Shown piece by piece: positions 45,610 to 55,400 of a stretch of DNA of 64,000 nt. Numbering within the stretch: the first letter of the stretch is position 1; the number at the start of each line of letters is the position of its first letter. The DNA comes from Clostridia bacterium. GTDB lineage: Bacteria; Bacillota; Clostridia; Christensenellales; CAG-138. The notes beneath the pieces were generated by a model, which saw only the letters and a list, made by a program, of their open reading frames with translations, was not told where the DNA came from and made no database searches. Location: assembly GCA_036652795.1 (NCBI GenBank), contig JAVVVD010000004.1, forward strand, positions 46,842 through 110,841, read 5' to 3'. A program made the position numbers and the translations under genes.

Positions 45610-45698
45610 GGAGAGATGTCCGAGTGGTTTATGGAGCCGGTCTTGAAAACCGGTGATGCCGCAAGGCACCGGGGGTTCGAATCCCTCTCTCTCCGCCA
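45610..45698 (+). tRNA. tRNA-Ser (anticodon UGA)
   Basis: Acceptor GGAGAGA/TCTCTCC, anticodon loop CTTGAAA, long variable arm, encoded CCA. Confidence 0.93.
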
Positions 45699-45733
45699 AA
45701 CAATGGAATTTTCTAATTCATATAGTAGCACAC

Positions 45734-45826
45734 GGAGAAGTACCCAAGTGGCTGTAAGGGGCTCCCCTGCTAAGGGAGTAGGCTGGGGTAACTGGCGCGA
45801 GGGTTCAAATCCCTCCTTCTCCGCCA
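45734..45826 (+). tRNA. tRNA-Ser (anticodon GCU)
   Basis: Acceptor GGAGAAG/CTTCTCC, anticodon loop CTGCTAA, long variable arm, encoded CCA. Confidence 0.93.
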
Positions 45827-45827
45827 A

Positions 45828-45864
45828 ACCCCCGAAAACATAGACGTTTTCGGGGGTTTTTATT
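45828..45864 (+). terminator. Intrinsic terminator after the tRNA-Ser pair
   Basis: ACCCCCGAAAAC-loop-GTTTTCGGGGGT followed by TTTTTAT. Confidence 0.85.
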
Positions 45865-46013
45865 TGCCGATAGCTTGATTTTGTGGTTCCGGTCATTTTT
45901 ATTTATAAATCGGCTTTATCATCTAAATATGGCGCACAATGGCAACAGTTGGCAGACTAAATCATACGCTTAATTGCACATTTAACGAACAACACTATTT
46001 CCGCTAAAGCGGA

Positions 46014-46042
46014 TTGACAATTCTTACTGATTGAATTATAAT
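46014..46042 (+). promoter_or_regulatory. Consensus sigma-A promoter for the triple-RidA gene
   Basis: TTGACA (46014-46019), 17 nt, TATAAT (46037-46042). Confidence 0.7.
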
Positions 46043-46104
46043 TGCTCCGCAAGAGTATATATCAAAAATCCACAATAACATTTATTTTAAAGGGGAATAC
46101 TATC

Positions 46105-47373
46105 ATGAGCGCCAACAACGCAGTACTACCAAGAAATACGGAAAATGCACCAATAAATCCTATGTTTTCACAAACTGTAGCCTTCTCTCACTACAATAAT
46201 CTTTCAGCCCAATTGCCTATTGTTCCCAAAACCGGCAAATTGGTAGCTGGTGGTGTAAAGGAGCAGGCTGAACAGTGCTTTAAAAATATCAAGGCAATTG
46301 TAGAGAGCATCGAGCATGTCATGAGCGATATTGTTAGAATCACTGTATTCGTTAAAAATATCAAAGATGTTGACGCTATAGATGAAGTTTACAAAACATT
46401 CTTTACAACCTATGTTCCTTCACGCACGATAGTCGCAGTTGCGGCTTTGCCGATGAATGCTTTGGTGCAAATTGAGGCACTTGTTTTAAACGGCGAGGGT
46501 ACAATTCCAAACGCGCCACAAGCAGGGGATCTGATAAAGCTTACAAACAACACGGCAAATGCGCCAACAAATCCTCTTTCTACACAGAGTGTAGCTTTTT
46601 CCCATTACAATAATCTTTCAGCGCAATTACCTATCGATCCTAAAACCGGCAGGGTGATAGCCGGTGGCGTAAAAGAGCAGACCATACAGTGCTTAAAGAA
46701 TATCAAAGCAATTTTAGAAAGTATCGACGTCCCTTTTGACGATATTGTTAAAACCACTATATTCCTCAAGGACCTCGCGGATATTGATGCAGTGAATGAA
46801 GTTTACACAACGTTTTTCCCAGACTCGGCTATCGCCAGAGCCGTAGCCTATGTCCCTGCACGGACAATAGTTGCAGCTTCAGCCTTGCCTATGGGCGCTT
46901 TAGTGCAAATTGAAGCCGTGGCATCTCACGGAGATGGCACCCCGCCTCAGGCTGTTGAAGACAGGCATGGGCTAATCATAGAGGCAAGCAATACGGCAAA
47001 TGCGCCAATCAGCCCTCTGTCTACCCAAACCGTAGCTTTTTCTCATTACAATAATCTTTCCGCCCAATTACCTTTAGACCCCAAAACTGGTAAAATGGTG
47101 GCTGGTTGTGTAAAGGAGCAGACCAAGCAGTGCTTGAAAAATATCAAGGCAATTATAGAAAGTGTCGACCATGTTATGGATGATGTTGTTAAAATCAATA
47201 TCTTCCTTAAAAATATCGCGGATATCGATGCTGTTAACGAGGTTTATGCAACATTCTTCCCAGGCGGTGTTCCTGCATGCAGAGTAGTTGGCGTAGCAGC
47301 ATTGCCTAATGATGCTCTGGTTCAAATTGACGCAATTGTTGCAAACGCTGAAGGAACACCTCCGCGGGCATAG
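46105..47373 (+). CDS. Single polypeptide with three tandem RidA/YjgF/RutC-family domains
   Basis: Three units of about 140 aa each begin NAP(I/T)(N/S)P..SQ.VAFSHYNNLSAQLP..PKTG and end ALP..ALVQI(E/D)A. Start at MSANNAV, with a GGGG RBS upstream. Confidence 0.85.
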   Translation: MSANNAVLPRNTENAPINPMFSQTVAFSHYNNLSAQLPIVPKTGKLVAGGVKEQAEQCFKNIKAIVESIEHVMSDIVRITVFVKNIKDVDAIDEVYKTFFTTYVPSRTIVAVAALPMNALVQIEALVLNGEGTIPNAPQAGDLIKLTNNTANAPTNPLSTQSVAFSHYNNLSAQLPIDPKTGRVIAGGVKEQTIQCLKNIKAILESIDVPFDDIVKTTIFLKDLADIDAVNEVYTTFFPDSAIARAVAYVPARTIVAASALPMGALVQIEAVASHGDGTPPQAVEDRHGLIIEASNTANAPISPLSTQTVAFSHYNNLSAQLPLDPKTGKMVAGCVKEQTKQCLKNIKAIIESVDHVMDDVVKINIFLKNIADIDAVNEVYATFFPGGVPACRVVGVAALPNDALVQIDAIVANAEGTPPRA

Positions 47374-47444
47374 ATAACAGCGTAGCATGAGCTGAATCTA
47401 TTCTTAATTGCAACTCCTTTCCCACGCATCTTTGCAAAAAGTCG

Positions 47445-47478
47445 CTCCCGCAAGCATTTAAGCTTGCGGGAGTTTTTT
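47445..47478. terminator. Bidirectional intrinsic terminator
   Basis: CTCCCGCAAGC-loop-GCTTGCGGGAG with an A-run upstream and a T-run downstream. Confidence 0.85.
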
Positions 47479-47833
47479 ATTCTCTGCTCTTTTGCAAGAG
47501 TTTTATAATCTCGCTCTTTTTTAATACCTTACCATACGAAACCACACTTCCATCCACCATAAGCGCCGGCGTCGTCATTACTCCGTATGCGGCGATCTGC
47601 GCAAAATCTGTTACATGCTCGATACTCGCATCCATACCAAGCTCCGTAAGCGCTTCAAGCGTTGCTTTTTCCAGCTCGTTGCATTTTTTGCAACCACCGC
47701 CCAACACCTTTACGCCTGAAACAGCCTTATCGCACTCAGCTTGCACAGACTTTTTCGAAACGCAGCTGCCATCACAGCATGAGCTTTCCTTTTTTTCTTC
47801 CATATCCTTCTTGTTTTTTGTAAAAACGTCCAT
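47477..47833 (-). CDS. Thioredoxin-fold redox-active disulfide protein (Thioredoxin_3 type)
   Basis: VKVLGGGCKKCNELE CxxC motif and a Cys-rich N-terminal extension. Sits in the typical position downstream of an ArsP-like permease. Confidence 0.8.
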   Translation of the reverse strand: MDVFTKNKKDMEEKKESSCCDGSCVSKKSVQAECDKAVSGVKVLGGGCKKCNELEKATLEALTELGMDASIEHVTDFAQIAAYGVMTTPALMVDGSVVSYGKVLKKSEIIKLLQKSRE

Positions 47834-47846
47834 TCTATCTCCCTCC

Positions 47847-48845
47847 TTATATCAGCAGATATTCAAATAAATTGAACAGGTAACCAACAATGATGATTCC
47901 CACCGTACATATCGCGATAAATAGCCCCAACAATCTCAGCTTAATGGCTTTTCTGAGCATAATCATCGATGGCAGTGAAAGCGTAGTTACGGCCATCATA
48001 AACGCTAAAACAGTGCCCAACTGCGCGCCCTTGGACAGCAGCGCTTGCGCAACCGGAATTGTTCCAAATATATCCGCATACATTGGAACGCCAATCAATG
48101 TGGCAATAACTACGCCAAACGGATTATTATTGCCCAGGATCGCTTCCACCCAGCCTTGAGGGATCCAGTTGTGAATTGCCGCGCCTATGCCCACGCCTAT
48201 CATTATATAGGGAAACACCCTTTTAAATGTGGCTGCCATCTGATCCTTAGCATATGTCAACCGCTCCTTTTGTTGCAGTGCTGGCAAATCGATCTCCACC
48301 GCGCTAGCGCTGTGAATGAAATCCTCCACATATGACTCCATGTGCAGCTTTCCTATTAGTGTTCCGCCGATTATGGCGATAGCAAGCCCCAGTGCAACGT
48401 ACACAACAGCGACCTTTGCGCCAAATATACTCATAAGCAGTACAAGGCTGCCTAGATCTACCATCGGAGAGGAAATCAAAAATGAAAACGTTACACCCAG
48501 CGGCAGCCCCGCACTAGTAAAGCCGATAAACAGCGGGATTGACGAGCATGAGCAAAACGGCGTAACCGTACCAAGCAGGGCCGCTACACAGTTTGCGCCT
48601 ACGCCAGAAAATCGCCCAAGTATTTTTTTACTTCTCTCAGGTGGAAAATAACTTTGTACATAGCTTATTGCAAAAATCAACACACATAGCAGCACTGTAA
48701 TCTTTATAACATCGTACACAAAAAACTGCGCGCTCGCTACCCATCTGTTTTCTACGTCCAAACCTACCGCATAAAACGCCCTGCCTATGAGTTCATTGAG
48801 CCACTTCATGCCCAAAATCTGATTTTGGATAAAATTCCATATCAT
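47847..48845 (-). CDS. Permease of the DUF318/ArsP-like family
   Basis: 332 aa polytopic protein with TPFCSCSSIPLF, the conserved Cys motif of this family. Confidence 0.75.
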   Translation of the reverse strand: MIWNFIQNQILGMKWLNELIGRAFYAVGLDVENRWVASAQFFVYDVIKITVLLCVLIFAISYVQSYFPPERSKKILGRFSGVGANCVAALLGTVTPFCSCSSIPLFIGFTSAGLPLGVTFSFLISSPMVDLGSLVLLMSIFGAKVAVVYVALGLAIAIIGGTLIGKLHMESYVEDFIHSASAVEIDLPALQQKERLTYAKDQMAATFKRVFPYIMIGVGIGAAIHNWIPQGWVEAILGNNNPFGVVIATLIGVPMYADIFGTIPVAQALLSKGAQLGTVLAFMMAVTTLSLPSMIMLRKAIKLRLLGLFIAICTVGIIIVGYLFNLFEYLLI

Positions 48846-48847
48846 TC

Positions 48848-49141
48848 TCAGCAGCCCTCGCCATTATGTTTGCAGCAGGAAAGCTTACCTATAAACTCTT
48901 TAAAGGCATAAAATGCTTCACAGTTGAGCGAATAGTGGCTCCACTTGCCATCCCTGCGCGCATTCACAAGTCCACAGCCGCATAGCACCTTCATATGATG
49001 TGAAAGTGTTGGCTGTGTGATTTCAAATGCCTCAAGCAGCTTGCAGGCGCACTTCTCGCCGTCGGAGAGCATCTGCACGATTTGCAAACGGTTGCTGTCC
49101 CCCAATGCTTTGCATATCAGCGCAATATCGATTACGTTCAT
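48848..49141 (-). CDS. ArsR/SmtB family metalloregulator
   Basis: LGDSNRLQIVQML..GEKCACKL...QPTLSHHMKVL HTH with a CxC metal site. Confidence 0.88.
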   Translation of the reverse strand: MNVIDIALICKALGDSNRLQIVQMLSDGEKCACKLLEAFEITQPTLSHHMKVLCGCGLVNARRDGKWSHYSLNCEAFYAFKEFIGKLSCCKHNGEGC

Positions 49142-49293
49142 ACTTCCACCTCACATAGATAAACATCTATGCATTATTATATGCAATACATTGATTGTTG
49201 TCAATGTATTGCATGGCTGAATTCTAATATTTGCTTAGCAAAGCCCAATTGTGAGTTTTTGATGTTTAATTATATTTTTGAAATGCGCAATCC

Positions 49294-50613
49294 CTAGCAC
49301 GCCGCTGAAGCATCGTGGTTTTGTGGCGTTTTCATAAGCGGCAATACAGCCTTTAAAGAAAAGCGGTTATTCTCTGCTGCGAATGAGCAGTAGCCGTTAT
49401 ATTTTTTTATTATCATTTCAATGCTCTTTACACCAAGCCCATGTCCCGCCATGCCACTTTGGGGTACTCCATATTCCATTATAATCTCACCCTCGTATGG
49501 ATTTTCAATATAAATGAGCAAGTTACCTTTATTAATATGGCAGTTGATGGATACATTTCTATCTGCCGCATCTGCCTTTGCCGCCGCAGAAACAGCATTT
49601 TCCAAAGCATTTGAAAAGATTACGCACAGCTCTGTTCCGGACAATGGTAGTATTTGCGGCAAATCCAATTCCGCCTGTAGCTTAACGCCCTCCCTCTTCG
49701 CCTTTTGCGCAAAAGCAGAAATAATCATATTGACCTCATTATTTAAGCAATAATGCACAGGAGTTACGCCATCAATATCTGATTGCGCGTCACCGATATA
49801 CTCCATTGCCGCAGATATATCGCCATTGGCAAGATATCTGCCAATCAATGCAAAACTATGGCGCATATCGTGGCGGTAGATTTTTGCCTGCTCCTGAAAA
49901 TTTGCCATTTCATCCATTTGGCGACCGGCATCCTCGATCAATACTGCCATCATGCTTTGCTCATTTTGAAGCATGTTTTTTTCGCGCATGGCTTTGAATA
50001 GATACATCAGGAGCAAATACGTAGCATATACAATGGCATCTGGAATCAAGCTGAGGAAGATATTGCCATTTGCGTTAAATGTTGCAAATTGGTATCGGGT
50101 CGTTCCATATGCATACAGATAATGAAGGATCGGAATCACAGAAAACATCCAGAACAGCCTGTTTTCACCATGCTCCAGCATATAGTTAAAGGATGGTTTT
50201 AAGAAGCGATAAACCAAGAATATAACAATGGCATAGGATATGACATTCGACGCCAAAATCATCAGAATAGTGGGCTCGCAAGCTTTTTTTATAATCATCG
50301 CAATCGTAATAGTTGGTGCAGTCAAAACAATGGCTGTAAGTAGCACAAAAAGCACCTTAACACCCTTATACCGCGAGGCCATGCAAAACAGAACGAATAG
50401 TGGCGCCTGTACAAAGAATAGATAAAACTTCGAATATGTTGCGTTGCCAAAATAAATCCTGGCAATAATGTTGCCCAATAGCACTAGTGTAAAAAGCACC
50501 AATACAACCGCCCTGCGCCTTCGCGACAAATCACGTAGCCTAACATCCAAAAGTAGGTAGATTACCACACTGCCAAACAATATTAGTAAGGCGGAAGATG
50601 CTACAGCCGTCAT
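49294..50613 (-). CDS. Polytopic GHKL sensor histidine kinase of the AgrC/LytTR-partner type
   Basis: About 6 N-terminal TMs, His context YRHDMRHSF, ATPase motifs (FSNALENAV, GHGLGVKS). Confidence 0.8.
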   Translation of the reverse strand: MTAVASSALLILFGSVVIYLLLDVRLRDLSRRRRAVVLVLFTLVLLGNIIARIYFGNATYSKFYLFFVQAPLFVLFCMASRYKGVKVLFVLLTAIVLTAPTITIAMIIKKACEPTILMILASNVISYAIVIFLVYRFLKPSFNYMLEHGENRLFWMFSVIPILHYLYAYGTTRYQFATFNANGNIFLSLIPDAIVYATYLLLMYLFKAMREKNMLQNEQSMMAVLIEDAGRQMDEMANFQEQAKIYRHDMRHSFALIGRYLANGDISAAMEYIGDAQSDIDGVTPVHYCLNNEVNMIISAFAQKAKREGVKLQAELDLPQILPLSGTELCVIFSNALENAVSAAAKADAADRNVSINCHINKGNLLIYIENPYEGEIIMEYGVPQSGMAGHGLGVKSIEMIIKKYNGYCSFAAENNRFSLKAVLPLMKTPQNHDASAAC

Positions 50614-50614
50614 A

Positions 50615-51364
50615 TCATTCCGTCTCCTTTTCTAGGAACAAATGCTTCATATACGCTTGGCGCACCTGGCTATAAAGCAAACGCGAAATTGGTACGGTTT
50701 GCCCATCGTGCGTGGTAAACCCATTTGCAGTAAGTTCGCCCATCTGCCATAGGTTTGCTATGTAGGAGCGATGCACTTTGATAAACTCCGGCCTGATCAA
50801 AAGCTTTTTTTCATACTCGGAGAGGGAGGCGCGGACTTCACGAACAGCACCATCCGACAAATGAAAGTAAAGCCACTTATTCATAACTTCCACAAATACC
50901 AGCTTTGAGAATAATATCCTTGCCATACCGCTTTGCGTTTTAACGGAGAAGCCCTCAAATGACCTTTGCTCCTCGGCCGATATTTCATCCAACGCGGAAA
51001 ACAGCTTGTCCTTTGAAACCGGCTTGAGAATATAATCCCATGCTTTCACCTCATAGCCGTCCAAAGCGTATTCTGGGGATGAAGTAAAAAACATTATTTT
51101 AATACTCTTATCAAATGTTCGTATTTCTTGGGCCGCCTGAATACCGGTAAAACCTGGCATCATAATATCCAGCAGAAGCAAATCGTACTGATAGTTTTTA
51201 ATAGTAGAAAGCAGCTCCGCAGCGCTTAGGTAGGTTTTATATGTAAGGCACGCATTTTTCTCTTGCCTGTATGTATTGAGCAACGATGAAATCCGAGTAA
51301 GCTCTAACAAATCATCATCACAGACAGCAATATGCAAAAAATCACCTCCAACAATATGTAACAT
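50615..51364 (-). CDS. LytTR-family response regulator
   Basis: Receiver domain (IAVCDDD, LLLLDIMMPG) plus LytTR output (FIKVHRSYIANL). Confidence 0.88.
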   Translation of the reverse strand: MLHIVGGDFLHIAVCDDDLLELTRISSLLNTYRQEKNACLTYKTYLSAAELLSTIKNYQYDLLLLDIMMPGFTGIQAAQEIRTFDKSIKIMFFTSSPEYALDGYEVKAWDYILKPVSKDKLFSALDEISAEEQRSFEGFSVKTQSGMARILFSKLVFVEVMNKWLYFHLSDGAVREVRASLSEYEKKLLIRPEFIKVHRSYIANLWQMGELTANGFTTHDGQTVPISRLLYSQVRQAYMKHLFLEKETE

Positions 51365-51780
51365 TCCGTTTTAATTTTATGACATATCCCCCTTATTTTC
51401 AAGTCGTTTTTACATTTGAGGTCGAATTCCCATATATTTCAGGAAAATCTTATCGCTTTTTTCCAAAGCTTGCTAAAGTTAAACAGCAAAATATCGTGTA
51501 ACAAATGCATCCGTACTTTCAAAATTAGGTTGATCTTGGTGAGCGTATCAATCAGCTCCATCTTCTATAGTTCGTTGAAAGCAACAGTTGTATCTCTTAG
51601 ATATTTGCGGCGCCTTATGCAAAAACAGCGAGGTAATGTCTATTGGGCAACGAAAAGGACACCTTGCAACGATTATAACGCGATGTTTTCCCGTTTGAGC
51701 GCCACAAAACCACATTGATATAAGTCACTAATATGGGTGGTTTATATATAAAGACACAGTATAAGAGGAGAAAAACAAAA

Positions 51781-52296
51781 ATGAAAAAACTATTAGTACT
51801 TATTACAGTAATCGCAATGATCTTGAGCCTTGTCGCTTGCGCGGCTAATCCCGCACCCGATGCAGATGCACAGCCTCCAGTTGATGCGACTCAGGCTGAT
51901 GACCAGGAGGCCCTGGCGGCTGCCGATTTTGAACAGGTGAAGACGTTCCTTGCCGCTGTGCAGGCACATCATGCATTGGCAGTACCTGTCGCCACTATAC
52001 GTGAACAGGTTATAAGCGGAGAAGCAGATGCGAGCGAATTGCTCGATGGATTAAAAATGCTATCGGATGATTCTCAAGCTTTGCTTGCAAACGTGCAGGC
52101 TGCCGAGTGGAAAACTGAGGATTGCAGTGAACATGTTGCACTTTTAAACGAGCTGGCTGATTCCCTTGCGCAGGCTGAGCTGTTGTGCTATGAAGCAGCC
52201 GGTGAAAATGACGAGGCCAAGCTTGAGAGCTCTTCCGCATTTCTGAGGACCTACGAAGAGAAGCTTAGCGCACTCCTTGACCTGATGGGTGTATAA
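51781..52296 (+). CDS. Small acidic helical lipoprotein
   Basis: MKKLLVLITVIAMILSLVAC lipobox. GAGGAG RBS. Confidence 0.7.
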   Translation: MKKLLVLITVIAMILSLVACAANPAPDADAQPPVDATQADDQEALAAADFEQVKTFLAAVQAHHALAVPVATIREQVISGEADASELLDGLKMLSDDSQALLANVQAAEWKTEDCSEHVALLNELADSLAQAELLCYEAAGENDEAKLESSSAFLRTYEEKLSALLDLMGV

Positions 52297-52312
52297 TTTA
52301 AAAAGCTAAAAA

Positions 52313-52342
52313 TGACAGGTAGGGATTAGTCTCTACCTGTCA
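52313..52342 (+). terminator. Hairpin after the lipoprotein gene
   Basis: TGACAGGTAG-loop-CTACCTGTCA with T-rich sequence a few nt downstream. Confidence 0.55.
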
Positions 52343-52422
52343 GTGCTTAAATTTTGTTTTTATCTTAGCGCCTATATAACTTGAATTCAGCGTAAAAGCA
52401 CACTACAGGAAAGGATTTTTTT

Positions 52423-55400
52423 ATGAACGGAAAATTATTAAAACGAATAAGCCTGTTACTTGCGCTTTTGATGATGTTGTCTATAATATCGTCGTGCGCA
52501 CCGGTACAAGAACCGGAAGCCCCAACGCAGCCAACTGATACAATCACTGATGAAGTGGCCCCCGAAGAGCCTGCTACGGCTGCCGGAACCAGATTTACCA
52601 CCAATGACGAAAACATTGAGATGATAGAGGTAAATCAGGTTATGAGCTATGGTCAAAATATTGACGATGGCTCTCTTTTTCCCATGGAAAACTTCGTATC
52701 CGGTAAAGATACGATTATCTTTGTAAAAACAGCTACACCAGCTGCCGTCAATGCGGACGGTACACAGCGATTAACCGTTTCCAAGGACGGCGAGCAGGTT
52801 GCTGAGCTTCTGCCCATGGATAGCGCGGAAAGCGACCGCATTGCCTTCATCCCCCCCTCCTTGGAAGACGTTGGCAATTGGGAACAAGGCGAATACACGC
52901 TTACCTATACCACTGAAGATGGCTGTGAGGCAACGCGCATAGTTAACTTTAATACGGCCAAGTCCATAAAGGTATTGGCTGTGCCCGTGCTGGCCAACTA
53001 TGCCGGTCAGGTTGTGGATGTTGAGGGCGAATGGAAAACAGCAATCCAGTTTACGGCGGAAACATATCCTTTGGCAAAGGGTGCAATCGAGTATATATTG
53101 GCGCCCTCTCTGGATCTTTCCGATATAAGCTACGACCTAACAACAGATGAGGGTATGTTCAACGTTTGGTCAGCGCTTACAAATCTGCAAACCCCAAATA
53201 ATGATTACGAGCTAATTCTCGGATTTGTGCGCAATCGTCAGGGAGAAGGCAATACGCAAGGCTACACCTATGGTTTGCCGGCTAATATCATTACAGAATC
53301 TGATGGTGATATGCAGCCCACTGTGGCACATGAAATTGCGCACTGCTATCAGGTTGGCGACGAATATCCCGGCGGCGCCATTAACCCTGCGATAAACCCC
53401 GCTCCATGCGGAATGGAAGGCTCTGATTGGAATAACAGGGATGAAACAATCGTATCCAACAAGCAGTTTGTTGTTGGCGGCAATGACATCGGTCAAACTG
53501 CGTCAGGCTCTGTTATCCCACTTGACCAATTCCCCGTAAATGCGGCGCAGCAATCCGTGCTGAGCAACAATGTATCCAGCTTTATGGGATCAGGAAGCAG
53601 CAATATTTCTGATTATTGGATTACCTCTGCGATTTGGGAGCAGTTGTATAAGTCCTTCGTATTTAACGATACATCTGCCATAACCACCAGCTCGACTGAA
53701 GGCTCTCAGGGCGATCAAGGCTCTGCTGACGGACAGCCATCTTCCGATACCATGCTGCCATGCCAGGGCTGCAACGAAAGCTATGCCATAACTGACTACA
53801 ATTTGTATGCCGTCTGCGAATCCTGTGAGCAGCTGACATCGGCCCAGTGGGGCAGTGAATCCGTTACTTGCGAATACTGCGGTGAAGAAATAGCAATTTC
53901 CACAGATAATTCCTATATTCTTTGCCCCGATGAAAATTGCAGCCAGATTTCTGCACTTTCAGACTATGTTCAGCAGAAGCGCGAGCAAAAAGTCAGCGCT
54001 GATACAGCAGAACCTGAAACTGAAGTTGCCACGGCCGAAGAGGAAAAAACCTATCGTGCCATTGACATTAAAGGCAACTTAAAAGCAGACGACACCTTTG
54101 CCCCCGAACCTTGGTTTTCCTATGATACTACTGAATTCCCACGCGCGCTAAAGGGTGATTACACTGTGGAAATGATGGATGCGTCCGGCAAGCTGCTTTC
54201 CAAGCACTGCTTCGATGTTTCGTTCTATACACAGACCAATCCACCTAAGAAGCTGGACTTTTCACCAATCAATCTCACCGTGTTCTACCCGGATGCAACG
54301 GCGAAAATTGCCATCACAAAAGAGGGCAAGGAGATTTATTCTGTAAACGTCTCGGCAAATGCACCAGAAATTGAATTCGTTGGATTGAAGGAAAATAAAA
54401 AGCTTAGCGGTGAGCAGACAATATCCTGGAAGGGCAGCGACCAGGACGGCGATAAGCTGATCTATGAGCTGTGGTACTGCACCGACGAAGGCGATTTTGT
54501 AAATGTTGCGTCTAATATTACAGCTACATCCTGTAAAGTGAATTTTGATACGCTGCCCGGCTCTGACAACGCGTATCTATATCTTTACGCCACAGACGGA
54601 ACCGTAACCGCGCAGATGGATAGCCCATACCTGAGCGTTAACTATAAGGCGCCTGAAATTTTGACCAAGCAGCCCACTGTGCCTGAGTATAAGATCACGG
54701 ACGAAATATTGCTTAGCGCAGACGTCTATGATATGCAGGATGGTTGGCTATACGACGATGATCAGGTGGTTTGGGTTGACGGCAGCGGACGCGAATACAC
54801 CACGGGCAGCTTGCTTTGGATTTATCCCTACGAGTTAACTCCCGGCGAGCATACATTTACAATGACCGCCACAAACTCCAAGGGCGTTTCCAGCAGCGCC
54901 AAATATACCTTTAAAATTGCTAATGATGAATCCGCACTGCCCAATGACTGGAGCAAGGATGATGTGCGCCAGGCTCTGTCCAACGGCTTTATTGCGCCAT
55001 TAGCCAATGTCAAGTCGCCAATCACGCGCGGCCAGTATGCGGCGCTGATGACCAACCTGTATTTCACGGTAGTTGACGAAAATACGGAAATCCTTGAGTA
55101 TGAAGACGGCATAGTTACGGATTGCGGTTCTGACGATTATAGCCAATTCCTGATGGCTAAGCTTGGTTTCATGGAAGCAAAGGGTGGAAAGTTTGCGCCT
55201 AACGATGCTTTAACAGAGGAAGAAGCCGCTAAAATACTCTACAACGTAGTTATTACTGCCACAAAGGTTGATGATGGCGTAGAAACCGCAATGGAGGACA
55301 TTATTGCAGAGCTAACGGATGCTAAAATTATTGATGATATTCCTGAGAATACCTATCAGGCCGCCAATAAAATAACCGGCCAGTTAGCTTTGGTTCGCTG

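Noticed and set aside
51416-51718. 100-aa TTG-initiated ORF, and a search for AgrD-like peptide genes, in the LytTR intergenic region
   Set aside because: It has no RBS and an implausible composition. I found no small ORF with an amphipathic leader and Cys-containing core typical of AgrD. The region is treated as regulatory.
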